A stretch of DNA of 63,976 nt, filler included, from Octopus bimaculoides (GCF_001194135.2; 8 parts of 8 records of this genome joined end to end with filler, not necessarily neighbours in it); one strand, 5' to 3'; positions 13,558 to 25,619 are shown, numbered from the whole stretch's first letter. The notes: generated from the sequence alone by a model not told the origin. Numbers and translations: made by a program.

Positions 13558-14610
13558 ATGGACTCATCTGAATCAGGCACCAAAATATCAGAATCATATT
13601 CAGTTCATATAAGAATGGACGGCAACTCTCCAAAAACCGTAAGTGAGAGCACCTTCAATGAATACCTGGAGAAAATCAGACGTCTTGCAATTATAAGTTC
13701 TATTCCTTCTAAAATGAGTTTAGAAATGTGGAAAAGATCTGATATGAAAACACGAATTCTGTATTTATGTCTCCCTTTACTCTATCTAATCTCCACACTT
13801 GATATTTTACGCTTTATATGGTTTATTGTAGCAAGTTATACATCAAACAATAATAAAAGTATATTAGGGGAATCTTATATGCTCATGATGAAGATATTCC
13901 CAAGTATATTATCACTGATCGTTATCTGGAAACGCAATCACATCTACGGATTAATCGATGATTTTCAAACTTATATTCCAATATGCCCAAATAATATATT
14001 GATGAAACGGTACAACAAATTTGGAGCATGTACTGTTTTAATTAATATATATTGTTATTTTATCATAGCCGCTATATTCCAAATTATTTTACCGACAACT
14101 TTAGTTGATCCAGAATATTTTATGGAAGCGTTAGGATTTCCATTATCACGAGAAAATAAGTTTTTTGGGTTTATGTTGATATTAAATTTCTCGACAGATA
14201 TATGGAATGCAATCCTTATTTTGTCATCTGACAGATTATATGATGCATTAACATCAATATTCATAAAAGAATTTAATTATTTATCAGATAAACTTAAAGA
14301 GTCCATACAGGAAATTCAACATTCGAATAGAAGAATCTCTCAGAGACATATAAATCTTAATGAAATATTAACACAAATAATTAAGCAACATACTAGACTG
14401 AGTCATTTGACAAAAGGAATTAACTCGCTATTTCAGCATTTTAATGGGTTGATGGTATTAGTATTCAGTCTTAACTGGTGTATCATAGCATATGAAATAG
14501 CAAATAACTTAGTCAATCAGAAAGGCACCGTACTACAAATTGTTTCAGGAACAACGTCTGGACTATATTTTTTATATCTGATCTACAGAGGACTGGTGTT
14601 TAATTCGTCT
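13558..14610 (+). CDS. GRL/7TMIC-like chemoreceptor, large first exon (copy A1, 351 codons, TM1-TM6)
   Basis: Six hydrophobic segments and an IIKQHTRLSHLTKGINSLF loop motif before TM5, resembling the GR H..L......N..F motif. Ends YRGLVFNSS|gtaagt (phase-0 donor at 14611). Paralogous to five downstream copies. Confidence 0.75.
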
Positions 14611-14978
14611 GTAAGTATCTGTTTTCTGTATTTTTAATGCATAATTCATTGAAAACAAAGGTGTTATTTCCCGTCTATTTCCACGATCATCTCCATATCT
14701 GCTCACTTCGATTCCCCTTATAGCATCTCTTTATCCCTCTGTCTCGTTCATTGTTAGAGAATTAAGGGTTGTAAGTTCCGATCTTTCCACATATGTATGT
14801 ATGTATGTATGTATCTATGTATTTATGTATGTTTGTGTTTATGTATGCATGCATGTATTAATAAGTATGTAGAAGGTTGAAAAGTAACACAAGAGTTGAT
14901 ATATATATATATATATATATATANNNNNNNNNNNNNNNNNNNNNNNNNNNNNNNNNNNNNNNNNNNNNNNNNNNNNNN

Positions 14979-15400
14979 CAGAAAAAGTAATGGAGAGAAG
15001 GAAGTTCACTATTTTTTATTAATATATTAGTCATCTTCGCGTCTTACAGCCCTTTCAATTAATACACAATAATTTAATTACAAATTAGTGCTTTAACTTG
15101 CATTTCTGTGACATGACCATAATTCCATCAGAGAATAAAAAAAAAAAAAAAGATGTCACCTTGAGATGGTATATGTGGACCTAACAATTCATTTCAGCAG
15201 ACGGCTGAAATGAATTGTTAGGTTCACATATAACATCTCAAGGCTATTTCTTTTTTTTCCTCTAATGAAATTATGCTCATGTCACATAAATGAAAATATA
15301 ATGTATTAATTTGTAATTAAAGGGCTGTAAGAAGCGAAGATGATCAATTTGTTAATGATAAATAAATGTGAACTTCCTTATCTCCGTTAACAATTTGCTT
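14979..15400. mobile_element. Fold-back (palindromic) non-autonomous element
   Basis: About 200-bp imperfect inverted arms around a near-perfect hairpin centred near 15200 (ctaacaattcatttcagc-agacg-gctgaaatgaattgttag). Confidence 0.6.
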
Positions 15401-15401
15401 A

Positions 15402-15447
<46 letters not shown>

Positions 15448-15596
15448 TATTGATTTCAAATGTTTCTCACATCACAATTATGTATCCATTGCTCTTCAAA
15501 TCAACTCTTTGTGAACTCATTACTTTAAACTCTTGCTAATTCTATAAATGTTCATTAATAACTTGTGAAAAAATCATTACAGCATATTCGTTCCTT

Positions 15597-15612
15597 GGGT
15601 GTGCTTAACATT
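15597..15612 (+). promoter_or_regulatory. Conserved upstream motif of psiB0 (GGGTGTGCTTAACATT)
   Basis: 120 nt upstream of the ATG; resembles the A1/A2/B1 motif. Confidence 0.35.
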
Positions 15613-15716
15613 AAGTTATGAAAAGTTATATTTGTTCATGTATGATTTTTCGTCATGTAACTAATAGCATATCAGAGGGTCACTTTGTCATACATATTTT
15701 TATATTATTTTCTAAC

Positions 15717-16743
15717 ATGGAATCGTCATAATACTACTGGCGAAATATGTGTCTCTTTCAATATAAATACCGATCAATCTAAATCAAATGTAATAAAAAA
15801 TATTATATTCATTCCTGCTAAAAGTTAAACATCTTTCGCTTACAAGATTCTTTTCTCATGGGATAATTATAGAACAATGGAAAGATTATGGATTAAAGTG
15901 ACGAATAATTTATATTTTAATCCCATTTATGTATTCAATTTCTATGCTTAATATTATGTGCTTGCTTCGTTTATCATAATGATTTATTCTAAAGAAAACC
16001 TTGAGTCGCTCTTTGGGAAAAGCGTTCTTCTTTTGCTAAAGATATAACCATGTTTAATTTTCATAAATATGTTTTGAAACAGATCTCATACCTGCCAATT
16101 AATCCATGAATTCGGTAACCACATTCCTAGAAACCAAATTGCTCAAGATATGGCTATGTACCACACCTAGTGTACATGTTATGTCGTATATAACATATGT
16201 TATACTGTGGTGGCGATTGCTGAGATCCAGGTTGCTTTAAGTTTGACACTTGTAGATCCGGATTTCTTCTTTCATGTCATGGCTTTCCAGATATTACGTG
16301 AGAGCGAATTGATGTTAATTAGTTTAGTAATTAATGCATGATAAATTTATGGGTGACAAGTCTTATCATATCAAATTATATAGTACTCGTTGGATTTCTG
16401 TTAATTATGATAGATGAGTTTGAATATTTATCAAAGAAACTGCAGTATAATTTACCGGGTAAACAAGACGATCATACAAACATATCCCCCAACAAAAGTC
16501 CTTGCATTGATATATTGAATAAGATAATTAAGCAGCTAGGCAGACAATGTTGATTACATGAGATTATGAACAAAACATCTCATGTTACGGCCGCCATTAC
16601 ATTTCTCCTGTTTCGTCTTTGCACATGGAATCTCCAGTGTATTAATAAAATAAAAATGATATTTACTTCAAATGATTTTCGCAATGGGAATAGCATCAAG
16701 TTGTTTCCTGTTAATGTACAAAGATCTTCAGGTTAATTTGAAT
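15717..16743 (+). pseudogene. GRL-like exon pseudogene, subfamily B (psiB0)
   Basis: ATG at 15717. Interrupted translation aligns to B1/B2 (WKDYGLK*RIIYILI, LFGKSVLLLLKI*, LIHEFGNHIPRNQ, DEFEYLSKKL, LNKIIKQ, YKDLQVNLN) with stops and frameshifts. The donor position reads ATAAAT instead of GTAAGT. Confidence 0.75.
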
Positions 16744-17078
16744 ATAAATATTTGCTTTTCTAATTTGCTGCTTCGTTCGTAAGTGTTGTTTAAATCCAAA
16801 AATTCAGTATCATATTCGTTTACTGGTGTTAGTTGGAATGATATCTACACTTATTTGAAACCACCACGCCTAGCTAAGTTTTTTTCATTGAGCAAAGCAG
16901 CAAGTTAAAGTTATACTTGAAGTGTGTTTCTAATCAAAATATATTCTGGCAGCTTACACAAAGAGTGAAATACACTTCCGCCAAAACAACAAAACCTCAA
17001 AGACACACATGCTGCGCACAGCCAAAGCCATACAGATAAGCATACACATGCATATCAATATATGTGTTCGTATATGCA

Positions 17079-17126
<48 letters not shown>

Positions 17127-17422
17127 NNNNNNNNNNNNNNNNNNNNNNNNNNNNNNNNNNNNNNNNNNNNNNNNNNNNNNNNNNNNNNNNNNNNNNNNNN
17201 NNNNNNNNNNNNNNNNNNNNNNNNNNNNNNNNNNNNNNNNNNNNNNNNNNNNNNNNNNNNNNNNNNNNNNNNNNNNNNNNNNNNNNNNNNNNNNNNNNNN
17301 NNNNNNNNNNNNNNNNNNNNNNNNNNNNNNNNNNNNNNNNNNNNNNNNNNNNNNNNNNNNNNNNNNNNNNNNNNNNNNNNNNNNNNNNNNNNNNNNNNNN
17401 NNNNNNNNNNNNNNNNNNNNNN

Positions 17423-17458
<36 letters not shown>

Positions 17459-18421
17459 ATTATCCCGTCATTAAACGACGTATGAGGGGAGAACAATTTC
17501 TTACCGAACAGACACACAGATTACTTGTCTATAGTGATCAAATGTTTGTGTAGATATAAGCTCCATCCCTCCATTTGATCGACATTACCTGTACAGATGC
17601 AACTTGTGGCATATGTGTGTGCGTGAGTGTGTATTGGTGTGTGTGTGTGAGCGAGAGAGAGAATGTGTGTATGGCTCACAATTGAAGTTGTATTTGGATA
17701 TTGTGATTAAGGTGCAAGTTTCGAGCACTTGTCTGTAACTTTTTTGTTTTTCTCCTGGATTTGTAAAAGTAATATGCCAACATCTCTAGACTCTTTTCCT
17801 CATAGCTATCCTACATTCTCAAAATTATACGGGTAACTTCAAACATTTTCATTCAATATATAATGTTGTTACATTTTGTGTACATTATTAGCGAATTAAA
17901 ACTCAAAAGAGAAAGTGAGAGACCTTGCAAATGAAAATGGAATACTCTGCACTGAATGCAATGAATATTTAAATTTGCGATGAATTGGACGCAGTGAATA
18001 TTTAGATTTGCGAGAAATTGGAGTTTAAAAAATTCAATAAACTTGAGAAATCCAAATTATAAAAATTTCTTAGAACATGAATTTATAAAAATATTTCCAG
18101 ACGGTCAACTCTTTAATAACATCTTTCTCTTAGTACTTTTAGTAATTGTTACATACGTAATTAGTAAGCGTCTTTCTCCGTTTTATATACATATATATAT
18201 ATGTAAATATATATATATTTATATTTATATATATAATCTATCTTCGTCTGTTATATATATATATATNNNNNNNNNNNNNNNNNNNNNNNNNNNNNNNNNN
18301 NNNNNNNNNNNNNNNNNNNNNNNNNNNNNNNNNNNNNNNNNNNNNNNNNNNNNNNNNNNNNNNNNNNNNNNNNNNNNNNNNNNNNNNNNNNNNNNNNNNN
18401 NNNNNNNNNNNNNNNNNNNNN

Positions 18422-18720
18422 AGAAAGGAAAATGCACAGAGTTTACGTAGTTTTAGTATATTTTCAAATGAAAGAGTGTTGTCGTTGTCGACCGGTTTCG
18501 CTTTTGGTAATCATGATTTTGAAATTATTGTAATTTCGTATTTTCTCAGGGTTTAATCTATTTTTCTTTCATAGAAGAACATAGACTAAAATATTTTAAA
18601 GAAATATGAAATTACAATAATTTCAATGACATTAACGAAAGCGAAACGGTTTGACAACCACAATATACTTTCATTTAAAATATATTAAAACTATGAAAAC
18701 TGTGCATTTTCCACTTTTGT
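18422..18720. mobile_element. Fold-back (palindromic) non-autonomous element
   Basis: ggaaaatgcacag..tttcgc..gaaattattgtaatttc mirrored by gaaattacaataatttc..gcgaaac..ctgtgcatttttcc. Confidence 0.6.
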
Positions 18721-19939
18721 TTTTATAGACAAATTAGAAACTTGTGTATAGACATATTAGAAACGTGAAATAAATGAAACATATGAAGCATCAAGTAAAG
18801 TATATATACGTATGTATTAGCAAAGAAAAGAAATGTAGACATCGTCAGATAGACCATCAATTTATTAACTTCAATTTCGAACAAAAATCAATCTTATAAC
18901 CTACAATTAATTTAAAATACAAGTACATTTTCAATATTGTAAATTGAGTATTCCCCCCGTGTTAGAAATCACCATAAAAAAGATTCACATCGTAAAAGAT
19001 TGAGTGATCATTTGCAGAATTAGCATATCTACAGACAATGCATGAAGCGCGTGTGCATGTTAATGTTTTTAAACAAATACCATTACTTGTATATATGCAA
19101 TTTATACCTATACATATATATATATTTATATATATATGTATATAGACATATACATAAATGTATGTATATATGTATATATATATATATATATNNNNNNNNN
19201 NNNNNNNNNNNNNNNNNNNNNNNNNNNNNNNNNNNNNNNNNNNNNNNNNNNNNNNNNNNNNNNNNNNNNNNNNNNNNNNNNNNNNNNNNNNNNNNNNNNN
19301 NNNNNNNNNNNNNNNNNNNNNNNNNNNNNNNNNNNNNNNNNNNNNNNNNNNNNNNNNNNNNNNNNNNNNNNNNNNNNNNNNNNNNNNNNNNNNNNNNNNN
19401 NNNNNNNNNNNNNNNNNNNNNNNNNNNNNNNNNNNNNNNNNNNNNNNNNNNNNNNNNNNNNNNNNNNNNNNNNNNNNNNNNNNNNNNNNNNNNNNNNNNN
19501 NNNNNNNNNNNNNNNNNNNNNNNNNNNNNNNNNNNNNNNNNNNNNNNNNNNNNNNNNNNNNNNNNNNNNNNNNNNNNNNNNNNNNNNNNNNNNNNNNNNN
19601 NNNNNNNNNNNNNNNNNNNNNNNNNNNNNNNNNNNNNNNNNNNNNNNNNNNNNNNNNNNNNNNNNNNNNNNNNNNNNNNNNNNNNNNNNNNNNNNNNNNN
19701 NNNNNNNNNNNNNNNNNNNNNNNNNNNNNNNNNNNNNNNNNNNNNNNNNNNNNNNNNNNNNNNNNNNNNNNNNNNNNNNNNNNNNNNNNNNNNNNNNNNN
19801 NNNNNNNNNNNNNNNNNNNNNNNNNNNNNNNNNNNNNNNNNNNNNNNNNNNNNNNNNNNNNNNNNNNNNNATATATATATATATATATATATATAAATAT
19901 ATATATATTATTTATTTGAAGGTTACAATACATGTACTA

Positions 19940-20660
19940 AAGCGCTACTAATAGTTTCATATGTTCAGGGAACTTAAATATATTCTTCAGGCGCAAACCA
20001 CATATACCGACGTAAAGAAATTGAATAATAGAATGAACGCGAAAAAAAATTAGAAATCAGCATATACAAAACGCAGACAGTAAACATCGGAAAACGGAAA
20101 ACAGAAATTAAAATGTCAAAAATGAAAAGTAAAAGGTAAAATGGTGAAAGAGTTATCCTCCTCAGAATTTAAAGGATAATGTTGGAAGGATATCAAGTCA
20201 GACAGGAATAAGCAGAATTTTCCAATTCTTCAGAATATATTTATACATAGGCACACAACCACTGAACATTTCTGACCTGGAGATCAATAGAGAGTTAGGG
20301 GTCTTAGATCTGATCAAGATCTGCGCTCTTTCAGCCAAACACAATCTACATTTATCCGAATACATGGATCGAATAAATGTAGACTTTGTTTGGCTGAAAG
20401 AACGCAAAGATTCGTAATTCTCTACTAAAGTCCAGGTCAGAAATGTTCAGTGGTTGCGTGCATATGTTTAAATATATTCTGAGGGACTGGAAAATTCTGC
20501 CTATTGCAGACAGACTTGATATCTTTCCAGCCTCAACATTTGAGGTCTAAGGATAGCTCTATACCTTTTAATTTTACTTTTTAGTATTGACATTTTAGTT
20601 TCTGTTCTTCGTTTTCCCTTGTTTAATGTCTGCGCTTTATGTGTGCTGATTTCTCAGTTA
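19940..20660. mobile_element. Penelope-like element remnant as an inverted (fold-back) pLTR pair
   Basis: Arms ~20050-20355 and ~20370-20655 are reverse complements. The left arm (minus strand) encodes KCRLCLAERAQIL..LLISRSEMFSGC..YKYILKN, resembling the PLE GIY-YIG C-terminus (C..C..E...LLN.RSE..S.C.H). A hammerhead sits at the outer end. Confidence 0.7.
19942..19994 (-). ncRNA. Minimal type-I hammerhead ribozyme motif
   Basis: Minus strand: GCGC-CTGAAGA-ATATATT(taagttccctg)AACATAT-GAAAC-TATTA-GTA-GCGC, adjacent to a Penelope GIY-YIG fold-back. Confidence 0.65.
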
Positions 20661-21406
20661 CACCTTACTTCAGTTCTCTGCAGTCAGGTCAGCTCGCCAA
20701 ATCCTTTCATTTTGCGACGGACTGACGACCCTTTCAGTTACGGAATATATATACGTCATGAATCCGGGAAACCGACACTTGAGTGTCGGTAAGACTTAAC
20801 AAGGAAATTTTAAATGCTTCGTTTACTGAAAGAAACATAGTTGATAAGACAGGATATAAGGAAACAGATAATATCGATCCCACATTCAGGTTTACTTTAG
20901 AGTAAANNNNNNNNNNNNNNNNNNNNNNNNNNNNNNNNNNNNNNNNNNNNNNNNNNNNNNNNNNNNNNNNNNNNNNNNNNNNNNNNNNNNNNNNNNNNNN
21001 NNNNNNATATATATATATACATACACATATATATATACATACACTTATCGATATGCATTCATGCAGAACGAGAGGATGTAAAATGTTCAAACTTTGAGAT
21101 GATGCGTTTGTATGTGCGCATAGTTTTCTTGAACACCCCCCCCCACTTTTAAACGTTTGCGACGGACTATCGTCCCGCCCAATTAGGGTATGTATATAAA
21201 CCACGAAACCAGGAAACCGGACCTTTTCACTCAGTATGTTTGGAGAAACTTAACTACCTTTTCATTAGCTTAAAGTAACATGGATCATTTGACATAATAT
21301 AATCAATTAATAACAGATTATATCGATCCCACATTCAGGTTCCCTTCAGAGTAAGTAAAAGTTAATAGAAATGACTGCCTACATTGATTTTGTCACAATG
21401 AATAAA

Positions 21407-21422
21407 GGCGTGCTTATATTTT
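21407..21422 (+). promoter_or_regulatory. Conserved upstream motif of A2 (GGCGTGCTTATATTTT)
   Basis: 211 nt upstream of the ATG, inside a ~300-bp upstream block homologous to that of A1. Confidence 0.4.
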
Positions 21423-21617
21423 ATCATAATTATACATCCAGTCATATGTATTAATGAATGTAGTAGGGAGCTGTTCTCAAAACATTAGAAAAAATCAAAC
21501 TGGAATTGAGAAACATTAAATAAGAAAAACGCATATAAATATTCTGCTACTTTTGCATTCAGGTAAATTCAGTTTTTCTAATATCATATCAAGTTATATC
21601 AACAAACTAAGAAACTC

Positions 21618-22670
21618 ATGGAAGCATCTAAATTGGGCCCCAAAATTTCGGAATCACATTCAGTTCATATAAGAACGAGCAACAACTCTTCAAAAACCGT
21701 AAATGAGAGACCTTTGAAGGAATACCTGGAGAAACTGAAACGTCTTGCAATTGTATGTTCCATTCCTTCTAAAATGAGTTTAGAAATTTGGAAAAAATCT
21801 GATGTGAAAACACGAATTCTGTATTTATGCCTCCCTCTGATATATTTAATTTCCACGTTTGATATTTTACGTTTCATATGGTTTATGGTAGCAAGTTATA
21901 CATCAAAGAATACTGAATATATTTTGGAGAAAAGTTTTATGCTCATGGTGAAGATGTCCTCAAGTATATTAACACTGATCGTTACCTGGAAACGAACTCA
22001 AGCCAGCGCTTTAATCGATGATATTCAAACTTATATTCCGATATGCCCAAGTAATATATTAATGAAGAGGTACCGCAAATTTGGAGCAAGCAATATTTTG
22101 ATCAACGTATGTGTTAATTTTGTCATATCCGCTATATACCAAATTATTTTACCGTTAATTTTTACAGATCCGAAATATTTTCTGGAGGGCTTAACTTTTC
22201 CATTATCACGGCGGAATGGTTTTTTTGCGTTTATGTTAATAATAAATTTCTCGACAAGTATATGGAATTTTCTTCTTTTTCTGCCATTTGCGATATTATG
22301 CAATGCATTACCACCAATACTCATAGAAGAATTTAAATATTTATCAGAGACGCTTAGAAAATCCATAGAGGAACTTCAAGATTCCAATCGACAAATTTTT
22401 CGGAGAAGTATAAATCTCAATGAAAAATTAAATGAAATAATTAACCAACATACTAGACTGAGCCTATTGACAAAAGGCTTGAACTCGGTGTTTCAGTTTT
22501 GTAATGGCATGGTTGTATCACTCTTTCTTATTATCTGCTGTATTATCTCGTATGAAATAGCAAATGAATTAGTCTATCAGGAAGGCTACGTACTACAGGT
22601 TATTACGGCAATAATGGTTGCACTGTATTGCTTGTATCTGATATACAGAGGATTGGTGTTTAATTTGCAT
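21618..22670 (+). CDS. GRL/7TMIC-like chemoreceptor, large first exon (copy A2, 351 codons)
   Basis: Close paralog of A1 with identical exon length (1053 nt). Contains IINQHTRLSLLTKGLNSVF and ends YRGLVFNLH|gtaagt (phase-0 donor at 22671). Confidence 0.75.
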
Positions 22671-22955
22671 GTAAGTATCACTTTTCTGAATTTGTTATGA
22701 GAAATTCGTTCAAAACTGAGGGGTTATTTTGTCTTTATATATATATATTAGGGATAAAAATCCAAATTTACAGGTAAAAACTCAATTAAATTCAATTTAT
22801 TAAAAATTAAAATTAAATTAAGTTTCACAGTATAAAACATAAATATATGGTTTTAGAGAAAAGAACCAAGGTTCATGAACTCATCGATGAAAATCCACTG
22901 TCACATATAGAAAAATTAATAAGTAAAAGCACAATAAATAAGTATAATATAATAC

Positions 22956-23009
<54 letters not shown>

Positions 23010-23431
23010 NNNNNNNNNNNNNNNNNNNNNNNNNNNNNNNNNNNNNNNNNNNNNNNNNNNNNNNNNNNNNNNNNNNNNNNNNNNNNNNNNNNNNNNNNNN
23101 NNNNNNNNNNNNNNNNNNNNNNNNNNNNNNNNNNNNNNNNNNNNNNNNNNNNNNNNNNNNNNNNNNNNNNNNNNNNNNNNNNNNNNNNNNNNNNNNNNNN
23201 NNNNNNNNNNNNNNNNNNNNNNNNNNNNNNNNNNNNNNNNNNNNNNNNNNNNNNNNNNNNNNNNNNNNNNNNNNNNNNNNNNNNNNNNNNNNNNNNNNNN
23301 NNNNNNNNNNNNNNNNNNNNNNNNNNNNNNNNNNNNNNNNNNNNNNNNNNNNNNNNNNNNNNNNNNNNNNNNNNNNNNNNNNNNNNNNNNNNNNNNNNNN
23401 NNNNNNNNNNNNNNNNNNNNNNNNNNNNNNN

Positions 23432-23810
23432 ATGTTATATATATTTGTAAGTCCTGGTGTTTTTGTTATGTATTTGTCTGAATATTTTTTTTATTATACC
23501 TAAGGCACCTAGTATGATAGGAATTGTTTCTGTTTTTAGATTCCACATTCGAGTTATCTCTATTTCCAGGTCTTTGTATTTTGAAAGTTTTTCCATTTCT
23601 TTTAGAGAAACGTTGTCATCTTCTGGTATTGATACATCAATTAGAAAGCATTTTTTTTCTTCATGATCTTTGACAATTATATCTGGTCTATTTGCCTTAA
23701 TTTCTCTATCTGTGTGTATTGGCATATCCCAGAGTATGGTTGCTTTCTCGTTTTCTGTGACCTTTTCTGGCGTGTGTTTATACCATTCTCGTTTTCTGTG
23801 ACCTTTTCTG
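23432..23810 (-). mobile_element. Restriction-like-endonuclease (R4/Dong-type) non-LTR retrotransposon fragment
   Basis: IKANRPDIIVKDHEEKKCFLIDVSIPEDDNV..KE.EKLSKYKDL..EI.RMW....IPIILGALG: the PD..D and KY motifs of the RLE domain. Lies next to a (TAA)n tract. Confidence 0.8.
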
Positions 23811-24320
23811 GCGTTATTATTATTATTATTGTTATCATTATTATTATTATTATCTTATAATATTTACTTTGTATTATATTATACTTATTTATTGTGCTTT
23901 TACTTATTAATTTTCTATATGTGACTGGATTTTCATCGATGAGTTCATGAACCTTGGCTCTTTTCCCTAAAACTATATATATATANNNNNNNNNNNNNNN
24001 NNNNNNNNNNNNNNNNNNNNNNNNNNNNNNNNNNNNNNNNNNNNNNNNNNNNNNNNNNNNNNNNNNNNNNNNNNNNNNNNNNNNNNNNNNNNNNNNNNNN
24101 NNNNNNNNNNNNNNNNNNNNNNNNNNNNNNNNNNNNNNNNNNNNNNNNNNNNNNNNNNNNNNNNNNNNNNNNNNNNNNNNNNNNNNNNNNNNNNNNNNNN
24201 NNNNNNNNNNNNNNNNNNNNNNNNNNNNNNNNNNNNNNNNNNNNNNNNNNNNNNNNNNNNNNNNNNNNNNNNNNNNNNNNNNNNNNNNNNNNNNNNNNNN
24301 NNNNNNNNNNNNNNNNNNNN

Positions 24321-24360
<40 letters not shown>

Positions 24361-24364
<4 letters not shown>

Positions 24365-25065
24365 TCATCCCGGTAATTTTAGTTGATCCGGAATATTTTT
24401 GGGAGGTTTCAGCTTTTCCATTATCACAGCAGCATAAGTGTCTTGCGTTTATGTTAACAATTTTCTCGACAGATGTATGGAATTCTCACATTTATGTCAT
24501 CTGTGAGATAATGTGATGCATTAGGATTAATATATTTGGAAGAATCTAACTATTCATCAGAGACGCTTAGAAAGTCCATACAGGAAATTTAAGATTCGAA
24601 CAAGGATATCATTCAGATATCTATAAATCTCAATGAAAGATTAACTGAAACAATTAACTTATATACAAGACAGTCAATTCGTTTCCAGTCTAGTCACAAG
24701 GCCTGAAATTTTGTTGGGGAGGGGGGGGGCCAGTCGATTAGATCGACCCCAGTACGTAACTAGTACTTAATTTATCGACTCCGATAAAGACAGGCGAAAT
24801 ACCGCTAAGTATTTCGCTTGGCGTGCTAACGTTTCTGCCAGCTGACCGCCTTACAAGACTGAGGCAATTGGCAAAAGGCATAAACTCGGTATTTCGGTTT
24901 TGTAATGGCATGATTGAACTACTAGTCCTTATTTGCTGTATCATATATGAAATAGGAATTGATTCAATCAATCAGAAAGACTACCTACTACGAATGTTTG
25001 CGGAAGTAATTACCGCACTCTTCTGCTTATATCCGTTATACAGAGGATTTGAAGTCAATTCATCT
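24361..25065 (+). pseudogene. GRL-like exon pseudogene, subfamily A (psiA3), 3' half visible, SINE-disrupted
   Basis: Translates to ILVDPEYF..AFPLS, FSTDVWN, KGINSVFRFCNGMI, YRGFEVNSS, with frameshifts. A SINE piece (24672-24851) is flanked by the direct repeat TACAAGAC. The donor is degenerate (gtgtct). The 5' half is lost in or before the gap at 23987-24320. Confidence 0.75.
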
Positions 25066-25179
25066 GTGTCTGTTTTGTTTTTGTATTTCAAATGATTGTA
25101 AATTCAAATCATTTGGGTTCTGCAAAATATTTTCTATATAGAGATTCTCTCAATCTCATCTATTTGCTATCTTTTTTCC

Positions 25180-25210
<31 letters not shown>

Positions 25211-25448
25211 TGTATGTATGTATGTATGTATGTATGTATGTATGTATATGTATATACATACATATATACCCACACATTTTTAACCGAATATCTTACGGTT
25301 AAGCTGGTTCCCATGCATTTCTCTGAAGAGAAGATTACATTCTTATCAACATCACCTATTCCTATGGAAGGTATAATTTGTAATCTTCGAAACATATGTT
25401 GGAAATAAAGGAATTCATTTAACATATGCGGTTTACTCCATTTACTAA

Positions 25449-25497
<49 letters not shown>

Positions 25498-25619
25498 TAT
25501 TTACATCCATATGAATATCCTCAAACACGAACACATACATACAAAATGTTACGGCTATACTGGACGTTATTTATGTCTCCATTCATCAGGAAGAGCTTGA
25601 TGTATTAGTGAACAGTCAA

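Noticed and set aside
14611-14637. Reading the four receptor ORFs as complete single-exon genes ending VSICFLYF*, VSITFLNLL*, VSIIFIIFP*, VRIMF*
   Set aside because: Conservation stops right after GTAAG, tail lengths vary, TM7 is missing and the donors decay in the pseudogenes. Splicing is the better explanation, though not proven.
25545-25595. Minus-strand CTGATGA..TAGCC-GTAAC hammerhead-like remnant
   Set aside because: The GAAAC box is mutated and stem II is broken; too degenerate to call.
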